A stretch of DNA of 64,000 nt from the NCBI GenBank assembly GCA_963709405.1, contig CAVPXM010000006.1, positions 1 through 64,000 on the forward strand. Reading direction: 5' to 3'. The DNA comes from an uncultured Nitrososphaerales archaeon (GTDB lineage Archaea; Thermoproteota; Nitrososphaeria; Nitrososphaerales; Nitrososphaeraceae). Position numbers and translations under genes: made by a program. Below, one piece after another: positions 47,213-58,689 of the stretch; the first letter of the stretch is position 1, and each line of letters starts with the position of its first letter. A model generated the notes under the pieces. That model saw only the letters and a list, made by a program, of their open reading frames with translations. It did not search any database and had not been told where the DNA came from.

Positions 47213-47536
47213 ATGAGATACAACGAGAAGTTGGCGGTATTACACTCAAGCCTCAAGCCTTTGAGAGATATTCTAGGAAATGTTAATGTTGCTAAGCATA
47301 TTGATATCGCGAAGCGAAGTGAGGTGGCTCCAGATTTCCTAAAGAATCTATTTTATTCTGGCCCACGAGTTAATCTTGAAACATATCTCGAATCACTTTC
47401 CTTGATTTGTAAGTATAAAGGATATGCCCATTACGAGATTGAAACCGATATAGATACAAATATAGATTTAAATATATATGATATAAAAGATATTGAAACA
47501 ACAGACGTCTGTGTTAACTTAAAGAAAATCCTATAG
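47213..47536 (+). pseudogene. Fragment of a regulator effector domain
   Basis: LETYLESLSLICKYKGYAHYEIE resembles the C-terminal part of the 41276..41828 family. Confidence 0.35.
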
Positions 47537-47615
47537 CTGAAGACGTCGTATCTCTTTAATATGGTTGTTAAAAGAAATAGGACACCTTCAAAGCATGTTG
47601 GTTATGGATTGTACT
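47510..47615 (+). mobile_element. 5' stub of an IS6-like transposase
   Basis: MVVKRNRTPSKHVGYGLYL resembles the N-terminus of thaumarchaeal IS6-type transposases and breaks off at the microsatellite. Confidence 0.5.
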
Positions 47616-47650
47616 TGTCCAATGTCCAATGTCCAATGTCCAATGTCCAA
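47616..47650. repeat. Heptamer microsatellite (TGTCCAA)5
   Basis: Five perfect tandem units. Confidence 0.95.
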
Positions 47651-47681
47651 TGTTCCACAAAATACTTTAGTATGTACGAAA

Positions 47682-48566
47682 ATGGTGATAATAATGATCG
47701 AAAATTCAAAATCCAAAGGAAGTGCTATTTCCTCATTATTGTTGTTAGTTTTGATATCATGCTTTGCTTTTCTGATTGGAGGTTCATCTTTGTTTAGTAG
47801 AACAATATCTGCCGCACAACTGCAAGACAACGTAAGCAACGCCACTACCATCAATTATAAAGATGTTCCAGCTGCCCAGTCGGCTTATGAAACTCAATCT
47901 ATGACTCTACCTCGGTCAGTTGGAACATTTGTATGGTATATAGTAGATGAAGCTCATGAAAATTCTGCTAATGAAAAACACAAATATGTAAGTGACCATA
48001 ATCCAATTTATCTTCCAACTAATCTTGTAATACCGCAAGGAACTGCTATAACATTTTTAGATGCTGATGCTCCTTGGGATACGCCTCATCCTCATTCGAT
48101 CAACATTATCGATAAGATTGGAAGGGTTGTATATAGCACAGGAAAAATGGATTATACAAATAGTTCAGTGCCAAAGATTCTACCAGCTGGGATATACTCA
48201 GTACACGACACTAAATATCCTTGGATGATAGGAAATTTAACTGTCACTCCAAATCAAGGATCTACAGGTAATCTTATAGTAGGAGGATTCTATACTCCTA
48301 CTAACCAGGTAGCAAATAATAAAGATAATGATGGTGGAAGCCATCCTGGTTGGCTTGGCTACTACACAGAACAATTTCCAAAAAATGGGTTCAAAATCCT
48401 TAGTACCTTTAATTTTCACTATGCTACTTGCAAATATTGTCCTGGAGGATTTTGGCCGGACCAGAAAACTGCAGATCATACACTGATTGTATACAGCACT
48501 GCACAATCAGTATCTGATGTTCTGAAGAAGTTATCAAAAATGGTATGGGATAATGTATATATTTAA
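47682..48566 (+). CDS. Secreted hypothetical protein with a cupredoxin-like His region and CxxC
   Basis: Signal peptide, DEAHE, DAPWDTPHPHSI, YPWMIG and CKYCPGG; the 5' extension to 47565 is probably spurious. Confidence 0.65.
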   Translation: MVIIMIENSKSKGSAISSLLLLVLISCFAFLIGGSSLFSRTISAAQLQDNVSNATTINYKDVPAAQSAYETQSMTLPRSVGTFVWYIVDEAHENSANEKHKYVSDHNPIYLPTNLVIPQGTAITFLDADAPWDTPHPHSINIIDKIGRVVYSTGKMDYTNSSVPKILPAGIYSVHDTKYPWMIGNLTVTPNQGSTGNLIVGGFYTPTNQVANNKDNDGGSHPGWLGYYTEQFPKNGFKILSTFNFHYATCKYCPGGFWPDQKTADHTLIVYSTAQSVSDVLKKLSKMVWDNVYI

Positions 48567-48621
48567 AAAATGAAAATCTCTTATATTCTATTGACAAGTA
48601 TAGAAGTCCCGTATTATTAGT

Positions 48622-49660
48622 TGTTGTACTTGCACAGATAGGTTACATTATTAAGTACCTACATGAGTTACACTTTGCTGCTTAGTTCTTATACTTATGG
48701 TGGATGTAATTAATCTTTGTAGAAACATCTCTGATGGAGTAAGACCATTTATTCCTCCATGTTCTCTAGTTTCATTGTACGCTTTTACAAACATATCGTA
48801 TCTTAGCTTACCATCATCTATGTTTGGTATATCTTCTATTGCTAGGAACTCATTTTTCACTATCTTGTTATATGCTTCTATTTTCCCTTGTAGCTGTGGG
48901 TAAGAATGAATTTGGTATTTGCTTATCCTTTATCTGATTGTGTACAAGGAAATGTCTGAACATTTTGGATGTAAACTGCTTTCCATTGTCATGCATTACT
49001 CTATCAGGTTTACCATTGATCACTATCCAATCCTCTAATACATTCAGAATATCCACTGACCTCTTTCTTTTAGACCATCTGCTTGCTACTTTTCTTGAAC
49101 AATCATCCAGACAACTGATTATGTAATTCCTTTGACTAGAATTACTCAGATAGAAAGGGCCAAGGATATCCATCTGTACCATCTCATTTGGATGCTTCAT
49201 GACAAACCGTTTGTAAGTTCTTGTTTTGGCCTTACACTTGAGGATATTAAGCCCATGTCTCTTTAGTATCTTGTATATAGTTCTGGTGCTTAACGAGATT
49301 CCAACAACCTTTCTTAATCTAAACTTGATCCTGCTACATCCAAACCTTTTGGTTAGTCGTAGATCAAGTATTGTCTCTTCTATTTCTGATGTTACCTTTC
49401 TATATGGAGTATTATGAGGTCTTTTAGAGTTATCTAGAAGTCCTTCTATCCCTTTCTGTTTGTATCTGTTATTCCACTTGTAGTAAGTCTTTCTGGATGT
49501 ACCGTATCTTTTACAAATATTAGATACTGTATCGCCAGTCCATTCTTTCTCATGTATTAGATTAAACCTTGTTCTGATTTCTATATGGATTCACTTCCTG
49601 CCAGCAGAAGTGTAACCCATGTCTGTAACTAAATTGTCACCTATGTTAGGAAGTACAACA
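48622..49660 (-). mobile_element. IS481-family insertion sequence with frameshifted transposase
   Basis: TIRs TGTTGTACTTGCACAGATAGGTTACA / TGTTGTACTTCCTAACATAGGTGACA and a 6-bp TSD ATTAGT; HTH plus QMD, LDDCSR, HDNGKQF and GKIE motifs. Confidence 0.93.
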
Positions 49661-49729
49661 ATTAGTTATATACAATTATGGTAATCGAGGTATTATAGTG
49701 GAGACAGCTTCAATTACAATCAAGCAATT

Positions 49730-49805
49730 TGTTCCAGAAAGTAGCAAGTAGATGGTCTGAATGTGTTAGAGAATTGGATAATGATGGCTAATGGTAAGCC
49801 TAAGG
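49730..49805 (+). mobile_element. Older IS481 internal fragment in inverted orientation
   Basis: TTGTTCCAGAAAGTAGCAAGTAGATGGTCTGAATGTGTTAGAG matches the reverse complement of about 49010..49105, with a deletion. Confidence 0.65.
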
Positions 49806-49814
49806 CGGTTATAC

Positions 49815-50130
49815 ATACTAAATGTTGAGATACTGATGGGTCATGATATCGGCCTTGTAGATTCTTACTATGGACCTTCAGAACAAGAATTATTGAAAGA
49901 CTACCTTACTTCAGTAGATTTACTGACGGTACTTAATGATAAGATCAAACTTCAAAAACAGATGATAGAACTAAAAAAAGAAAAGCATGGATAATGAATA
50001 CATAATTAAAGGAAAAGTGCAAGTAAAAGACAAACAGATTCAGACATTGGTAAAGAAGCAAGACGAATTTGAACGACTAATTCAATCTTTAATGGATTCA
50101 GGACAGTTGAACCCAGGCTTCGAAAGATAG
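49815..50130 (+). pseudogene. Tyrosine recombinase/integrase C-terminal remnant
   Basis: NVEILMGHDIGLVDSYY (box II GH...Y) followed by a coiled-coil tail. Confidence 0.75.
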
Positions 50131-50440
50131 AATTCAGCGTCAGGTCAATAGGGTGTTAAATAGAAAAATAAGACGACAATAACATGATCGAGTATAGAGC
50201 ATATTCAAATGAAGATTCTTGATACTGTCTCTTAAATCCAAAAATAAATGATGGGAATATAATAAAGGGGAAACTCGATGAAAAAGATAAGCAGATTTGG
50301 GACTTGATAAAGAAGCAAGAAAAGGGCGAAAGGAAATTTCAAATGATCTCTTCAAAGATAGATTCGAAGAAAGTTAGCATCCTGCTAAACGCAAATGGCT
50401 TAGAATTCATTTAGTAGAAACAATAGTTTTATCTAAATAC

Positions 50441-50803
50441 ATGGTCAATACAAGTTTATTATCTCCAGGCAACATCATTATAGTTATGGTAATGAAGAGA
50501 ATAGAAGCATTTATTGCATCTGAGAAGACTCCTTATGTGTTATCTGCTTTAGAAGGCTTAGGATTACAGGCTACGTTCTATGAATCTAAAGGAATGGGAA
50601 AGGGCGAAAAATATACAATAAGCTACGGTAAAGGATCAGGAACCCAAAAGATGGCATATTCTACGAGGAGTATAGTAGTATCAATTATTGACGAGAATAT
50701 GGTCAAAGAAGCAGTTTCTGTTATCAAAAAAGCAGCAACTACAGGTACGGCTAGCGGAGGGATAGTAGTAGTTTCATCTGTTGATGATTTAATGATGATT
50801 TGA
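50441..50803 (+). CDS. P-II family signal transduction protein
   Basis: MKRIEAFI, KGMGKG and GGIVVVSSVDD; the likely start is 50492. Confidence 0.88.
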   Translation: MVNTSLLSPGNIIIVMVMKRIEAFIASEKTPYVLSALEGLGLQATFYESKGMGKGEKYTISYGKGSGTQKMAYSTRSIVVSIIDENMVKEAVSVIKKAATTGTASGGIVVVSSVDDLMMI

Positions 50804-51184
50804 ATATAATAGGAATCCAAATAGGAAAACTATATCCAGTTTTTCAATTGCTAATTCCTTTACATTATCAAATACATATTTGTCTATCTATTCAACAGTG
50901 CTAGCCGTGAAAGCCTTGACTATGGAATATGCTCTTCTAAATATATCCTTACACGTTCTTAACCATGAATTAACTTAAGAATATTGTAGATTATACTTAG
51001 ATCGGCATCAAGCATACAACGAGGGAGTACGTCAGCAGCTATAGCTCTATCCTCATACCTTAGCACAGCCATTTTACATGAATTACATTGATAATGACAT
51101 CATGAAACAGAATTATCTTCTGTGCTAAAAGCATATTTGCTTGTTAGTTTGTTAATATTAGGTTTATTGCCCTGAAGATACTGT

Positions 51185-51520
51185 ATGGCATTAGGATCAG
51201 TCTGGACAGCAATTATTTTCATAATTGGGTTAGTCATATCGACAATAATAATATTTATAGTTACAAAACTCTTTGGAGAAAGAGAAAGTATCAAAAGAGC
51301 TTTTATAACTGCCGTTATTGGAGCTGTGATTTATACAGTTGTTTATTATCTCCTAGGAAACGGCCTATTAGCAGCGATTCTTGGTGGAATAGTGTGGCTA
51401 ATTTCTTTAAGATCGCTATACAAGATGGGTTGGCTCAAATCTTTAGTAGTCGCATTAATCATTTGGATCATCGCTTCAATAGTTGGTGTTTTGTTACCAA
51501 CAGTTTCCGGACCATTGTAA
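51185..51520 (+). CDS. Small 4-TM membrane protein
   Basis: Four hydrophobic helices and a YKMGWLKS motif. Confidence 0.7.
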   Translation: MALGSVWTAIIFIIGLVISTIIIFIVTKLFGERESIKRAFITAVIGAVIYTVVYYLLGNGLLAAILGGIVWLISLRSLYKMGWLKSLVVALIIWIIASIVGVLLPTVSGPL

Positions 51521-51900
51521 AGTACTTCGACACGATAATTGGCCGATGATTGATTAATTGAAGTTGAGTCACTTGATCATCACAAACGAATTTTCGAACT
51601 GAGAGAGAAGCAGTAATGCAATACAATAAACTGAAATAATAATTTTTAGTGATCACATACAAAGCCTTCTCGTGACATGGTTGAAAATTACTTCTCCTAC
51701 TGGACATATCTTGTAAGTGTCAGTTCAATTGATATATTGAGCACCATGACTAATTACTTTTTAACAAATAAATCTAGCACAAGTCTATAGTGGCAGCTTC
51801 TCTATAATGCAAATATGCCAATAGTCGTCCCATCTAGAAGACTACGATAGAAGTGATGAAAGAATCTTCTTTCTATACCTTGTTTGATTCTCTTCTGAGC

Positions 51901-52257
51901 CTACGCCTCTATGCTATCATCTGCCTTTTTAATCTCTATTGTAACTTTATCTCCAACCTTTATTTGCATATCTTCATATTCCTTCATACTAACTTTAAAT
52001 ATAGGTATGTCAGAAGGCATACCCATTCCTCCTCCCAACATATTTGACATGGCTTTAGGCAGATTCTTCATTAGATCTTCTGGAGAGGTAAATGGTACCG
52101 CACCTATGCCAATGCCAAAAGGACTTTGAGGAAGGTTTCTTCCTGCACGTGCCCTTTCTGAAGACTTTGGATCATTAGGATCGGTAATTGAAATATACAC
52201 GTATGGGCTTCCATCTTGGGAAGCTTCGATTTTCGAAACAATAAAATCTTTTCTCAT
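51901..52257 (-). CDS. Conserved small hypothetical protein (OB-like C-terminus)
   Basis: Clean ORF ending SMKEYEDMQIKVGDKVTIEIKK. Confidence 0.65.
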   Translation of the reverse strand: MRKDFIVSKIEASQDGSPYVYISITDPNDPKSSERARAGRNLPQSPFGIGIGAVPFTSPEDLMKNLPKAMSNMLGGGMGMPSDIPIFKVSMKEYEDMQIKVGDKVTIEIKKADDSIEA

Positions 52258-54044
52258 ATCTTATTTACCAGTATACACATAAGGAGATTTTAATGCTCTG
52301 ATTCCTTGGTAGTAAGTCACAACATTGTAAGTTCGATCACATATGTAAGAACCTGAAAACAAGCAGATCATTGGTTTTGATTCTTCTCTATCGCGCGCAT
52401 TATTGCAGTCAAAGTCACGGGTTGATCGGACAATTGAGCTATAGTAATTATTAGTTTATACGATTGTTATCATAAATAAATCATAAATAATGATTTAGTT
52501 TTTCTAATCCTTTAATTTTTGTATGTCGACGACCTGTCTTATTAGCAACGGCGTTTAAAAATATTAAATATGGCTCAATATTTTAGAAATATCTCTGCTT
52601 AATTGTAAGAATACTTTTATAATAGTTAGTAAGTTGGCAACTGATCATTTATACAGAGCAGAATAACATTGTAGAATGTAGAAAAAGTCTTCCTATAAAA
52701 ATTCAGGATAACGAATTGGTCCTTGATATTTGGTTTGTTTAGTCTTTTATATAATTGAAATTGCGTGGAGTTTTATACCATGTTTATCATATGTTGTTAA
52801 TCATGGAAATGTCAACGAACAAGACAATACTCTATAATCGAGATACAGATATAGAGGATTCATTCCCGGAAGGAAAACAGGTGATAAACGATTATGAGGA
52901 TGGAAATGTGATCGTTGATTTTTTCTCCAGACATAACACTTTAGAAGAATACATAAAACTTTTGAACGAAACATCCAAGAAATAGATGATTAATATCCTT
53001 ATTACAAAATTATGTCAAAGATTGCGAGTAGAGGGAATAACCTAATAGGCTTTAACATGAATCGGCCTAAGGCAATGTAAGGTTTTCTAAGGTATACTGA
53101 CTACATACTACCACCATAACGTATCTGGTCATTAGTCGTTGGTCGTTGGGAGATGGGCTGTCCACCAATAATCCAAAATTCTGTCTTTAACTAGGCTCTA
53201 GACATCTTCATAAGACTGATCTTATATTTTTTTCTTGAAGAGACAGGTCTTAAAGTTGACGTCTACATTGATCCTCTTTTGGCACCGTCAAAGTTTAGAC
53301 TAATCGACAATTTCACATTGATGGAAGGGCAACTTATTATCTAAAAAAGAGGAAAAAAGAGTGTCAATACAATCCTATTCCATTTCCTCATTATTCCGCG
53401 TTTTATCTATTGCAATTTCCTCTACATTAATTGAAATTTTAACCCATTTACCATTTACCATTATTTTTAAACGTATATGTAGATACTCCTTTGCTAACTC
53501 CGTGAAGATATCTAGCATCAATCTTGTCAGTCACTCTGTCTCTCAATTTATTAACTTGATATTCCGCAATCATCAAATTTCCAACGATATTCTCTAGTTC
53601 TATGTCTCTTTCTTCAAGTCCGTCTTGTTTTTTCAATTTTTTTGTTAGGCCGGTATTTCCTAGTCCGCGTTTTCTATGTATTGTCTACTTCCTATTTGAA
53701 AATGAATTTCGTGTATGTAATTCGATGTATCGATTACTGGAGTAGACAGGTTTCCACCACATATCGGGATTCCTGTTTCTTCTATTTCTTTGTTCTCGAG
53801 TAGGATACAATCGCTACTACTACCTTTCATTCATCTATCTTTTAGACAACATATTATACAACACATACCATTAGTCAGGCTTTACAAAATCACAACCGCT
53901 AGTAGATCTAACTACAATTGTCTAATAAGCATCAACGATTGTAAATGTATGGCATATATCCTCACACAGAAATTGGGAAATTAGGATAATACAGATGTAA
54001 ACCTCGGGATAACCTTTAACAAGTCCTAGGAAGCTTAAGTATAA

Positions 54045-54270
54045 ATGAAAAGACAAAGAAAAGCGATGGCCATAATCAGCAACGTTACTGAAAATGGATA
54101 TCTGCTGGAAAAGGTCATATGGATTTCGCGACAGGTATCATCTATATGTCTTGTCTTGGGACTAGTGAAAATAAGACTCATCGATATTGCAAAAGGAGCA
54201 GGTGTAACTGGAGATAACCGTAAAAAATAGATTTAAGAATCTTAAAGAAAAACTTCCTGAGGTAGATAAT
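54045..54270 (+). pseudogene. tfb: Transcription initiation factor IIB (TFB) second cyclin repeat remnant
   Basis: Frames give ISAGKGHMDFATGIIYMSCL and DIAKGAGVT...KNRFKNLK. Confidence 0.65.
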
Positions 54271-54498
54271 TGAATCAGTTTTTAGTTAGATCTTTGATTA
54301 ATTTTTTGCTCATACTAAGGACACATTCTCCAAGAAGTTCGGTTGGATGTCATAACATAGCATGTTTTTTTAGATGATTTAAATGGTCATGTACAGTGTG
54401 ACATAAAATCTGAATCTGCTCTTAAGAAATTCCCAAACGGCAATTCTTTATTTGCTGATCATTCAAATTTTCCCAATGTCGATTATGGATCAAGATCT

Positions 54499-55368
54499 TT
54501 GAAAATGTTTACAATCCTATTATTTGTATCTTTCACTCTGTTATCAGCTGCAACATTTATTGATAGATTTGGAGCCTATGCTTTACCAGAGGGCGGTGGC
54601 CATCCAGGCTTCGGCAGTCTACCTTCTCCGGGTGGTCTACCTTCTTTAGGCAGTCTACCCTCTCCGGGTAAGGGAGGTGCTTCTCATCTCAATTCTGTCA
54701 GTGGAGTGCACCCAGATAATGTTAAACCGAGCAAGATAAACCCAAACAATATCCCGAGTGGTAACGATCATAACATCAATCCAAATAATGTACATCCAAA
54801 TAACATCAATCCAAATAATGCTCAATCAGCAGCACATTGTACAGGTTTTGGCGTAGGTGCGAATCCATGTAATAAGCATGTTGATCCATGTCTGATTAAT
54901 CCCTGTCCTATCAACCCTTGTGTCCTTAGTCCATGTCCTACTCCTGACGGAAAGGTTGTAGTAGGTACAAAATCTACTGTCAATTCATATAGTTCTTCTC
55001 CAATAATAGTTAGTGAGGAACAAAGTACTTCCACGATTACAAATAATGCAAACAATAATCAAGAACAGAAATCAAGTTCTGAAAGTATCCCTATTGCTGA
55101 TGCTGGTTCTGACAAAAAGGTACATTCTTTGAATCACGTTACATTAGATGGGAGTAAAAGTTACGATCCAGATGGAAAGAAAATAACCTATTCTTTGCTA
55201 CAACTAGCAGGAGGCCCGATTGTATTATTATCAAACGATAATAGCGTTAAACCTACATTTGAAGCGCCACAGGTTACCGAATCCACCACTTTAACATTTC
55301 AGTTGATAGTAAATAATAATAATGCTGTCAGTAATCCTTCCTATGTACCAGTTACTGTTGAACCTTAG
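54499..55368 (+). CDS. Secreted low-complexity protein with a PKD/Ig-like C-terminal domain
   Basis: Signal peptide, GSLPSPG and INPNN repeats, Cys-Pro repeats, then PIADAGSD..VTLDGSKSYDPDG. Confidence 0.75.
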   Translation: MKMFTILLFVSFTLLSAATFIDRFGAYALPEGGGHPGFGSLPSPGGLPSLGSLPSPGKGGASHLNSVSGVHPDNVKPSKINPNNIPSGNDHNINPNNVHPNNINPNNAQSAAHCTGFGVGANPCNKHVDPCLINPCPINPCVLSPCPTPDGKVVVGTKSTVNSYSSSPIIVSEEQSTSTITNNANNNQEQKSSSESIPIADAGSDKKVHSLNHVTLDGSKSYDPDGKKITYSLLQLAGGPIVLLSNDNSVKPTFEAPQVTESTTLTFQLIVNNNNAVSNPSYVPVTVEP

Positions 55369-55646
55369 TTGAGTACATGTACGTTTCAAATCCCTTTGTT
55401 AATATCTTTCAATTTTTACTGAATCTTGTTTTATATTCGGAGTATGTCATAATTTGAAGTATAGCACTGATCCTATTTATCTAACAAAATTTAAGTGACT
55501 CTTTTGACATCAAAGATGACCCTAGCTAAATAGAGGGCATTAGAAAATAGCTTGATTCATTATACCTTTTCTGTTATTTTATACTATTTAAAAGGAACTT
55601 TCATTACATATTTGAAGTCATCTTCGAGAGAAGCTCATAATATTTT

Positions 55647-56591
55647 TTATTTGACGCCTACAACTTCTAGATAATACTGTTCCTTATCAATTTTTTCTGG
55701 TTTGACGCCTTCAATATCAGTCAGATCTTGCATTATTCCTTTTCTTCTCTCTATCCTTCCATTCGGTAACTTGACTATGCCATTAATAAAACCACTGCTA
55801 CCACATATAGGATTGAAAACTGTATTAGTATTTCTGTGATATTTTGAGAGAGTTTTTTCTTTGGTTCCGTCTGGACCTTCAAAGAATCTTCCATTCCTAT
55901 ATATAACTCTGGGATGATTACATGATAATATTTCACTATCTCTCGTGAAGGTAAAGATGATTTTAAAAGTTGCAATTTTCTTTGCCATACTAATTAACCA
56001 ATTGTAATAAATTACGTTCAAAAAGGTTCTATTATCTTGCCTATTTGTAATGTATAGAGTTGGATTGCTATAGAATAGTGTAAGATTAATGTCAGAATTC
56101 TCAGAATCCTCCAGATATTGAATCAAACATCTGGCAGATTCTATTCCATTGGCGCCTGACCAGTAGGCAATATCGTTTTCCATTCCAGCTGCAATCTTCC
56201 ATAAAAAATGATTCTTTGCTGGATTTACTCGCACATCTATCTTATCACCAATTTTGATCTGTTCGAGGAAATAAGCTGCAAAACCGTCAGCCTTCCCAGT
56301 TGCAGGATTAATATAACCATATGGCTTTTCATCTTTGATTGTCAATTCAATCAAATCCCTAGTTGGAGATGATGCTATGGAATATGCTCGCTCAACAAAG
56401 CCCTCTTCGAATTTGCCCGATGTTATAGGTCTTCTAAGGCATGCGCGAACAGTTACTGACTGGCCTACACTAAAACTAAACCTCTGAGAGTCAGAGTTGG
56501 GGGAAAAAGAAAATGTGTATGTATCAGGTGTTTCCATTACTTTATCAACTACTTGCCATTTATAATGTTCTCCTGATCCTTTAGATGACAC
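55647..56591 (-). CDS. Ferredoxin-NADP reductase-type FAD-binding oxidoreductase
   Basis: GQ..RAYSIASSP FAD motif, SGANGI, and ICGSSGF NAD(P)-domain motif. Confidence 0.8.
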   Translation of the reverse strand: MSSKGSGEHYKWQVVDKVMETPDTYTFSFSPNSDSQRFSFSVGQSVTVRACLRRPITSGKFEEGFVERAYSIASSPTRDLIELTIKDEKPYGYINPATGKADGFAAYFLEQIKIGDKIDVRVNPAKNHFLWKIAAGMENDIAYWSGANGIESARCLIQYLEDSENSDINLTLFYSNPTLYITNRQDNRTFLNVIYYNWLISMAKKIATFKIIFTFTRDSEILSCNHPRVIYRNGRFFEGPDGTKEKTLSKYHRNTNTVFNPICGSSGFINGIVKLPNGRIERRKGIMQDLTDIEGVKPEKIDKEQYYLEVVGVK

Positions 56592-56932
56592 TCTGATCTT
56601 CTCACTATTCTATTTTGTCTTTATAATATAAACGCGTCTTTATTATCTCAAGATTTTGATTGTATTTCTATGACATTTCATGTGCATTTCGCTGGGTTGG
56701 TACTATGATATCGGATGGGTCAATCTTTGTGATGATTGATATAAAGATAATAAGTAAATAAATTAAGACATGGGATTTTAAGATAAGAATGAAAAACTGA
56801 AGATGCATATAAAATTTGGAGGGCTAGTGACACAGAAAGAAATGAGGTATAAAGACCGGCAGACTTCGAACTATGCTGATGATAGCATAAATATGATAAT
56901 ATATCACACTATGAAGTAAACTATGAGGGATC

Positions 56933-57130
56933 CTATATCAGATCCTTAGCTAGATGATCGCTATATCCTTCGACTTTAGGTCTAATTTTTACTTTTTTAA
57001 CTACTTTATCGCCATTGTCTGACCAACACACTATGCCGTCGCATTGTCTACAGCGATAAATGATACGAGACGATGATATCTTTATAGGTTCTAATACCTT
57101 AACAGACCATCGATCACAATTACACTCCAT
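56933..57130 (-). CDS. Small zinc-ribbon protein
   Basis: CNC ... CRQC in a 65-aa ORF with AT-rich upstream sequence. Confidence 0.45.
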   Translation of the reverse strand: MECNCDRWSVKVLEPIKISSSRIIYRCRQCDGIVCWSDNGDKVVKKVKIRPKVEGYSDHLAKDLI

Positions 57131-57649
57131 ATTTTCGAACTTCGTATAATTATATTACTATTTACAGTAGTTAAAAACTATTCTCATGCGTAAGATGTAA
57201 GTTGAGATAAAATCATAAAATCATGTACGTGTCCTAAACATTTGAATTCGCATATTGTAGTTCACAGTAACCTTTATCATTAGTAGTAGTTTCTCACTGT
57301 ATGAGTACTCCGCAACTTCTAAACCATTAAGAACCAACTCAATACCTATGCACAGATTATGGATATAATTACGACGACATCACCTTAACGATGGTATTAA
57401 TTGAATCTGAAGGTATAGATGATCTATCTAGGTAATCGTTTCATATTGATCCGTTTTCTATTTGCATCTTATGCGATACTTCTATTTTGTACATCTAAGT
57501 GTTTCAAAAAGTACAATAAATTCGGCAAAGTTCGTGATCTACTCCTACCCATACGTATAGTTCCGACTATATGACAATGTTATGGTATACAAGTAAGCAT
57601 ATTATTAATGCTAGTGAACAGTTACAATCGATTGACTTGTTGTACATCA

Positions 57650-57946
57650 CTATTTACAATCTTTTCTGCACTTCTCTAGGCCGCTGCTTGTTAACCTTAC
57701 TTCACTGGCAGATACGACTTCAACAAGTCCTTCTGTTTTCAACTTTCGTATAATCTCATTTACCGCTTGAAATCCGTAGGATGGTCTTTCATACGCCCCA
57801 GTACTAACTGCCCGAAAAAATACATCCATAGTTTTATGACTCTTATTTAGATCTCCTAATGTAGTTTGATATAAGAAACAGATGAATTTCATTGAATACC
57901 TTTCTAACTCATCATGTGTTAGAAGTGATGACATTTTGGTATGCAT
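57650..57946 (-). CDS. Small winged-helix-like hypothetical protein
   Basis: IIRKLKTEGLVE...VRLTSSG wing motif. Confidence 0.5.
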   Translation of the reverse strand: MHTKMSSLLTHDELERYSMKFICFLYQTTLGDLNKSHKTMDVFFRAVSTGAYERPSYGFQAVNEIIRKLKTEGLVEVVSASEVRLTSSGLEKCRKDCK

Positions 57947-58213
57947 CCTATTTGTTGAATTTGCTAATAAATGATATGTTTATCTCGGATCTGATCTTTA
58001 TTGATAAAGATCGGAGCATGAATATTGCGAGAATTTCCCTTATGCACTAACTAACATATATTACTGCATTTAACTATTGCTTTTGTAATTGTATGAAGAT
58101 CTAAATAGAAATCAATTATGACATGGCTCATTTTCTTCCAATCCTAGTTCAATCGATCAAAGTCGAGCTTCAAAATACTCATAAGTCATTGTTGAGCTAA
58201 TATTCACTATATC

Positions 58214-58408
58214 ATGGACGGCTTTATACTGAGTGAAGATGAAGGTCCAAAAATTAACTTTCATGGTACCAGGATGGTAATCAAGGTTTCTGAGAGAGAT
58301 TGCGAGGGAAGATATTCATTAATAGAAATGAATCATCTAGCCAATTCTGGTCCTGCACTTCATATTCATCCAAACGCGCCCGAGGCATACTATGTTCTTG
58401 AAGGATAG
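58214..58408 (+). pseudogene. Cupin-domain protein, truncated
   Basis: GPALHIHPNAPEAYYVLEG, then a stop. Confidence 0.8.
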
Positions 58409-58689
58409 TTTACTTGAGAATAACTAGTTATTTATATAACTAAACATTAGAGATTCGGACAGAAGGTGTTTTCAGTGATGCCAGGCTTGAGTATAGATGG
58501 TAAAATAGGGGAGCAATATTAAGGAATCTACTCTGATGATGGCCCAAGACCACTAATCCAACCAAACTGGTATACTAACAATAATATGGATTTGACATTT
58601 GCGGTTTACCATGGCTATTGCAAGACCAAACTATCTTTAACTCTATAATGAATTGCTTAAATCTTTTCAAATGACACCAGATCATATCG

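Noticed and set aside
51901-52257. Arcadin-1 assignment
   Set aside because: Only a weak C-terminal resemblance and no crenactin context.
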